Origin: Candidatus Krumholzibacteriia bacterium
GTDB lineage: Bacteria > Krumholzibacteriota > Krumholzibacteriia > LZORAL124-64-63
DNA length: 64,000 bases
Assembly (NCBI GenBank): GCA_016744705.1
Contig: JADGDU010000005.1
Location: 3,762-67,761, forward strand
Reading direction: 5' to 3'
Positions 61,178 through 64,000 of the stretch are shown here, one piece after another. A program made the position numbers and the translations under genes. How positions within the stretch are numbered: the first letter of the stretch is position 1; every line of letters begins with the position of its first letter. A model generated the notes under the pieces. The model made no database searches and had not been told where the DNA came from. It saw only the letters and a program-made list of their open reading frames with translations.

Positions 61178-62310
61178 GTTGGCAATTGGAGGGACGCACC
61201 TTGCGTTCCATTCTCATCTCAAGACTACGTTACCTGGGGGATGTGGTCATGGCAACCCCACTGCTGGAGGTGTTGCGGCGGGGAGATCCTGATGTCCATC
61301 TGGGTTTTTTGGCAGAAAAAGGCCACGGCATGGTCCTTCAGGGGCACCCACATCTGGATCAGTTGCACCTGCTGGAAACTCAACGCAGAGGCAGCGATGC
61401 CAAGGCCAGAATCGATAATGTCCAGGCCGTTTCCCTGCCCTCATATACTCCCGGAGAAATGGTATCGCAATTACAATCATGCCAATATGATTTGGCCGTA
61501 GATTTGTTTTTCAACCCGCGCAGTGCTTGGCTGCTGCGTTTGTCGGGCATTGGAAAACGCATTTCCGGTACAGCAGGTAGCCGCAGGTTACTCTATTCAC
61601 ACAATATTATTCCCTCCCAAAACCCGGAACAATTTCAGGGCCTTTTCCAATTGGCCAGTGGTGGTATGGGGGAGCACCTCGCCCGTTTGCAGCCACTGAT
61701 TCATGAAGAGAGTGGTTTGGGTTTTCTCCAGTGGTTTGAGTCCGAATTTGCAGATACTAACCCCAGTCCATTCCTACCACTGGATTACTGGAAGACCAAA
61801 GCTCCTGAAGATCTTCCTGGGGACTTGATAGTCATGGCACCAGGGGCCACCTGGCCAGTGAAAGAGTGGCCTTTTGAGCACTGGCAAAAATTGATTGGTT
61901 TAATTCTTTCACAAACCAAGCGTCCGGTTTTTGTTATCCAACCGCCGGGTGCGGAGAATCCCTGGGCTGAGCTGGCCAAAGAGATCCCATCCGGTAGAGG
62001 TGGAGTTCTGCCTCCCTTGGGTTTGTCTGCAGTTTTGGGTGTTATCAGTCATGCCAGTTTGATGGTCTCCGTTGATGGTGGAGTCATGCATGCTTCGGTG
62101 GGGCTCGGTATTCCCACAGTGGCCCTGTTTGGTCCCACCGATGATACTCTTTGGTTTCCGTATACCCGCTCTGGCCCTTACTGCGTCCTGACGAGCCAAG
62201 CTCCTTGTTCTCCCTGTGATCTTCATCAATGTGATGACTTCATCTGTCTGCCCCGATTATCACCCCAGCAGGTTTGGGAGAGTTGCCTTGAACTGCTCCC
62301 GGAAAGCTGA
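61174..62310 (+). CDS. Glycosyltransferase family 9 heptosyltransferase.
   Basis: It reads …ILISRLRYLGDVVMATPLLEVLRR… and …VDGGVMHASVGLGIPTVALFG…. Confidence 0.75.
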   Translation: MSWQLEGRTLRSILISRLRYLGDVVMATPLLEVLRRGDPDVHLGFLAEKGHGMVLQGHPHLDQLHLLETQRRGSDAKARIDNVQAVSLPSYTPGEMVSQLQSCQYDLAVDLFFNPRSAWLLRLSGIGKRISGTAGSRRLLYSHNIIPSQNPEQFQGLFQLASGGMGEHLARLQPLIHEESGLGFLQWFESEFADTNPSPFLPLDYWKTKAPEDLPGDLIVMAPGATWPVKEWPFEHWQKLIGLILSQTKRPVFVIQPPGAENPWAELAKEIPSGRGGVLPPLGLSAVLGVISHASLMVSVDGGVMHASVGLGIPTVALFGPTDDTLWFPYTRSGPYCVLTSQAPCSPCDLHQCDDFICLPRLSPQQVWESCLELLPES

Positions 62311-62322
62311 GGGAGAAGCGGT

Positions 62323-63390
62323 ATGGACCTGGGGAGCATAGATCACAATCTGCGCCGGGTGTTGTTGATCAGGCGCAAGGCCTTGGGGGACTGCCTGGTG
62401 ACATTGCCTGCGGTGAGACAATTGGCCCGGGCCTTGCCGCACGCCCAGCTGGACTTGGTCGTAGATAAACCATTTGCTGAGTTGATCTCCCTTTTGGTTC
62501 CCGAGGTGACGGTCATTCCTTGGGCTCCAGGAAAGAAGGAGCCCTGGGCTCGGTCTGTGTGGTATCGTCAGCTGCGGTCCAAAGGTTATGATATGGTCAT
62601 CGATTGGTTGGGAAACCCCCGGACGGCTCTCTGGACAGCTGCCACGGGAGCCCCATTGCGTGTGGGGTACGATCTGCCACGCCGTCGGTGGGCCTACAAT
62701 GTTCGGGTGCCCCAGAACCAACATGGGGACGTTCACTTGCGGGGATTTGCAGGGGAAGCTTTTCTTGACCCCTTGCGGGCCTTGGGCCTGGAGCCTGATC
62801 CTTGGGATACAAACCCCACGCCGGGTCCCGCTCTAAAGATATCAGAAGAAAAATTGAATTCCGGGTTCAGGCGGTGGCGAGATCAGTGTATAGTCAAAAG
62901 CAAAACGCCCATTGCTTTGATGATGAGTGCCACTTGGACTGCCAAGGCTTGGCCCAATAAACGAATTGTTGAGCTTTGGCAGGGGCTGAAGGCTGAAGGT
63001 CTCACGCCCATCCTCATTCCCGGCCCCGGAGACGAGGCCATGGAAAAGGTTTTACGGGAAAGTTTGCCCAGTGAGGCTTTTGCTCCCCCGACAAGCCTCC
63101 TGGAGCTGGCTGATCTCTTGCAACTTTGTGCTGCTTTTGTGGGCACCGACTGCGGAGGAAGGCATTTGGCAGCTGCGTTGGGTTTACCCACTGTCACACT
63201 TTTCGGACCCACGAATTCCGAAGGATGGAACCCAAATCACCCGTTCCATGTTTCCATAAAGATGGATCTAGACTGTTTGGGATGTGAATTTAAAACCTGC
63301 CCCTTACCCGACAGACCCTGTTTGGAAAACCTGCCTGCCTCAATAGTAAAGGCGGGACTGGAATGTGTGCTGGAAAATATGAGGAAGTAG
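62323..63390 (+). CDS. Glycosyltransferase family 9 heptosyltransferase.
   Basis: It reads …VLLIRRKALGDCLVTLPAVRQL… and …GTDCGGRHLAAALGLPTVTLFG…. Confidence 0.75.
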   Translation: MDLGSIDHNLRRVLLIRRKALGDCLVTLPAVRQLARALPHAQLDLVVDKPFAELISLLVPEVTVIPWAPGKKEPWARSVWYRQLRSKGYDMVIDWLGNPRTALWTAATGAPLRVGYDLPRRRWAYNVRVPQNQHGDVHLRGFAGEAFLDPLRALGLEPDPWDTNPTPGPALKISEEKLNSGFRRWRDQCIVKSKTPIALMMSATWTAKAWPNKRIVELWQGLKAEGLTPILIPGPGDEAMEKVLRESLPSEAFAPPTSLLELADLLQLCAAFVGTDCGGRHLAAALGLPTVTLFGPTNSEGWNPNHPFHVSIKMDLDCLGCEFKTCPLPDRPCLENLPASIVKAGLECVLENMRK

Positions 63391-63394
63391 AATT

Positions 63395-64000
63395 ATGAGA
63401 TTAAGCGTAGGGACTTCTCAATTTTTCCTTTGGGGATTTCTGCTGGCCTTGGCCCATATGCCTTTGCCGACTGAGGCCCAGGCTTCTGATTCCGAATCTC
63501 ATGCGGTTGCTGTAGTATTCGGTCCCGGTGAAAAGATGGTCTTTTCCATAGGCTATGGTGTGGTGGATGCGGGGGAGGCCATTGTGGAAGTCATCGGCCT
63601 GACAGAATACCAGGGCCATTCCTGTTACCAAATTCAAAGCAAAGCCAACAGCAACCGCTTCTTCTCATCCATCTATAAAGTTCGCGATAAAATCATCAGT
63701 TATATGGATGTGGAAACCTTATACAGTCGCTACTTCTACAAACGTCTGCGCGAAGGTGATTATAAAAAGTCGGTGGAAATCAGCTTTGATCATGAAAACG
63801 AAGTGGCCAATTATGCCAACGGCAAAAATTATCCCACCACTTTTGGTGTTCAGGATGTACTCTCGGCAGGTTATTTCGTGCGGACTCTGGATTTGGAAAA
63901 TGACACGGTTTTTGATGTACCGGCCCACAGCTCCCGAAAAACCTACGACCTCAAAGTTTTTGTTCGGGGGAAAGAAACAGTCTCTGTGGCCGCAGGAACT
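63395..64000 (+). CDS. DUF3108-like secreted protein (3' end beyond the window).
   Basis: An ATG at 63395 opens a frame that runs to the window end, so it is absent from the ORF track. It has a signal peptide. …GEKMVFSIGYGVVDAGEAIVEV…CYQIQSKANSNRFFSSIYKVRDK… resembles DUF3108. Confidence 0.5.
   Translation, partial: MRLSVGTSQFFLWGFLLALAHMPLPTEAQASDSESHAVAVVFGPGEKMVFSIGYGVVDAGEAIVEVIGLTEYQGHSCYQIQSKANSNRFFSSIYKVRDKIISYMDVETLYSRYFYKRLREGDYKKSVEISFDHENEVANYANGKNYPTTFGVQDVLSAGYFVRTLDLENDTVFDVPAHSSRKTYDLKVFVRGKETVSVAAGT

Noticed and set aside
63401-63928. Minus-strand ORFs (63401..63637, 63719..63928) listed by the ORF track at the window end.
   Set aside because: An unlisted + strand frame from the ATG at 63395 runs open to the window edge with a signal peptide and a DUF3108-like sequence. 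The minus ORFs are antisense to it.

Overview
This is a 64 kb bacterial chromosomal window of about 55% GC. It is densely coded and almost entirely on the + strand, with only 3 of roughly 60 CDSs on the minus strand. I found no rRNA, tRNA, CRISPR array, transposase or integrase. Two giant paralogous secreted proteins (5..4480, N-terminally cut by the window edge, and 43206..48041) have gingipain-like peptidase C25 catalytic regions. Both end in a type-A T9SS/Por C-terminal sorting domain (…NPFNP…KMTLLK/KMTLVK). That points to a T9SS-bearing FCB-group or related candidate-phylum organism. Housekeeping content is groES-groEL with a canonical CIRCE operator, dapL, folB-folK, a deoxynucleoside kinase, panB-panC, tatA, ppiD, hsp20, lon, lexA, a PfkB kinase and two HIT proteins. 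The accessory or unusual content is listed below.
- A compositionally mosaic scavenging region (7.5-13.9 kb) holds a sharply low-GC DUF1254/DUF1214 lipoprotein gene, a class-A acid phosphatase, an MBL-fold alkylsulfatase-like protein and two outer-membrane beta-barrels.
- An overlapping operon (15051..19328) is GT4 glycosyltransferase, YqeC-like, MocA-like, XdhC, YqeB-like. This is the maturation set for selenium-dependent molybdenum hydroxylases, with no hydroxylase or selD in view.
- An MrfA-like DEXH helicase (DUF1998) sits next to an MrfB-like exonuclease-TPR partner.
- A ParA/MinD-type ATPase is fused to an AMPK-beta-like CBM48 glycogen-binding domain and translationally coupled to an unknown 274-aa ORF. 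This is the best candidate for a novel system, possibly a ParA-type polyglucan-granule positioning module.
- A surface-polysaccharide locus contains an O-antigen ligase, GT4, a WecA-family transferase and a methyltransferase.
- lexA is followed immediately by a catalytically dead DinB/ImuB-like Y-family polymerase homolog.
- A lysine-rich histone-H1-like protein carries a C-terminal winged-helix.
- An LPS-core block holds four GT9 heptosyltransferase paralogs, gmhB and a DUF3108 protein.
Every call rests on reading the translated ORFs and the DNA by eye. I ran no database searches.
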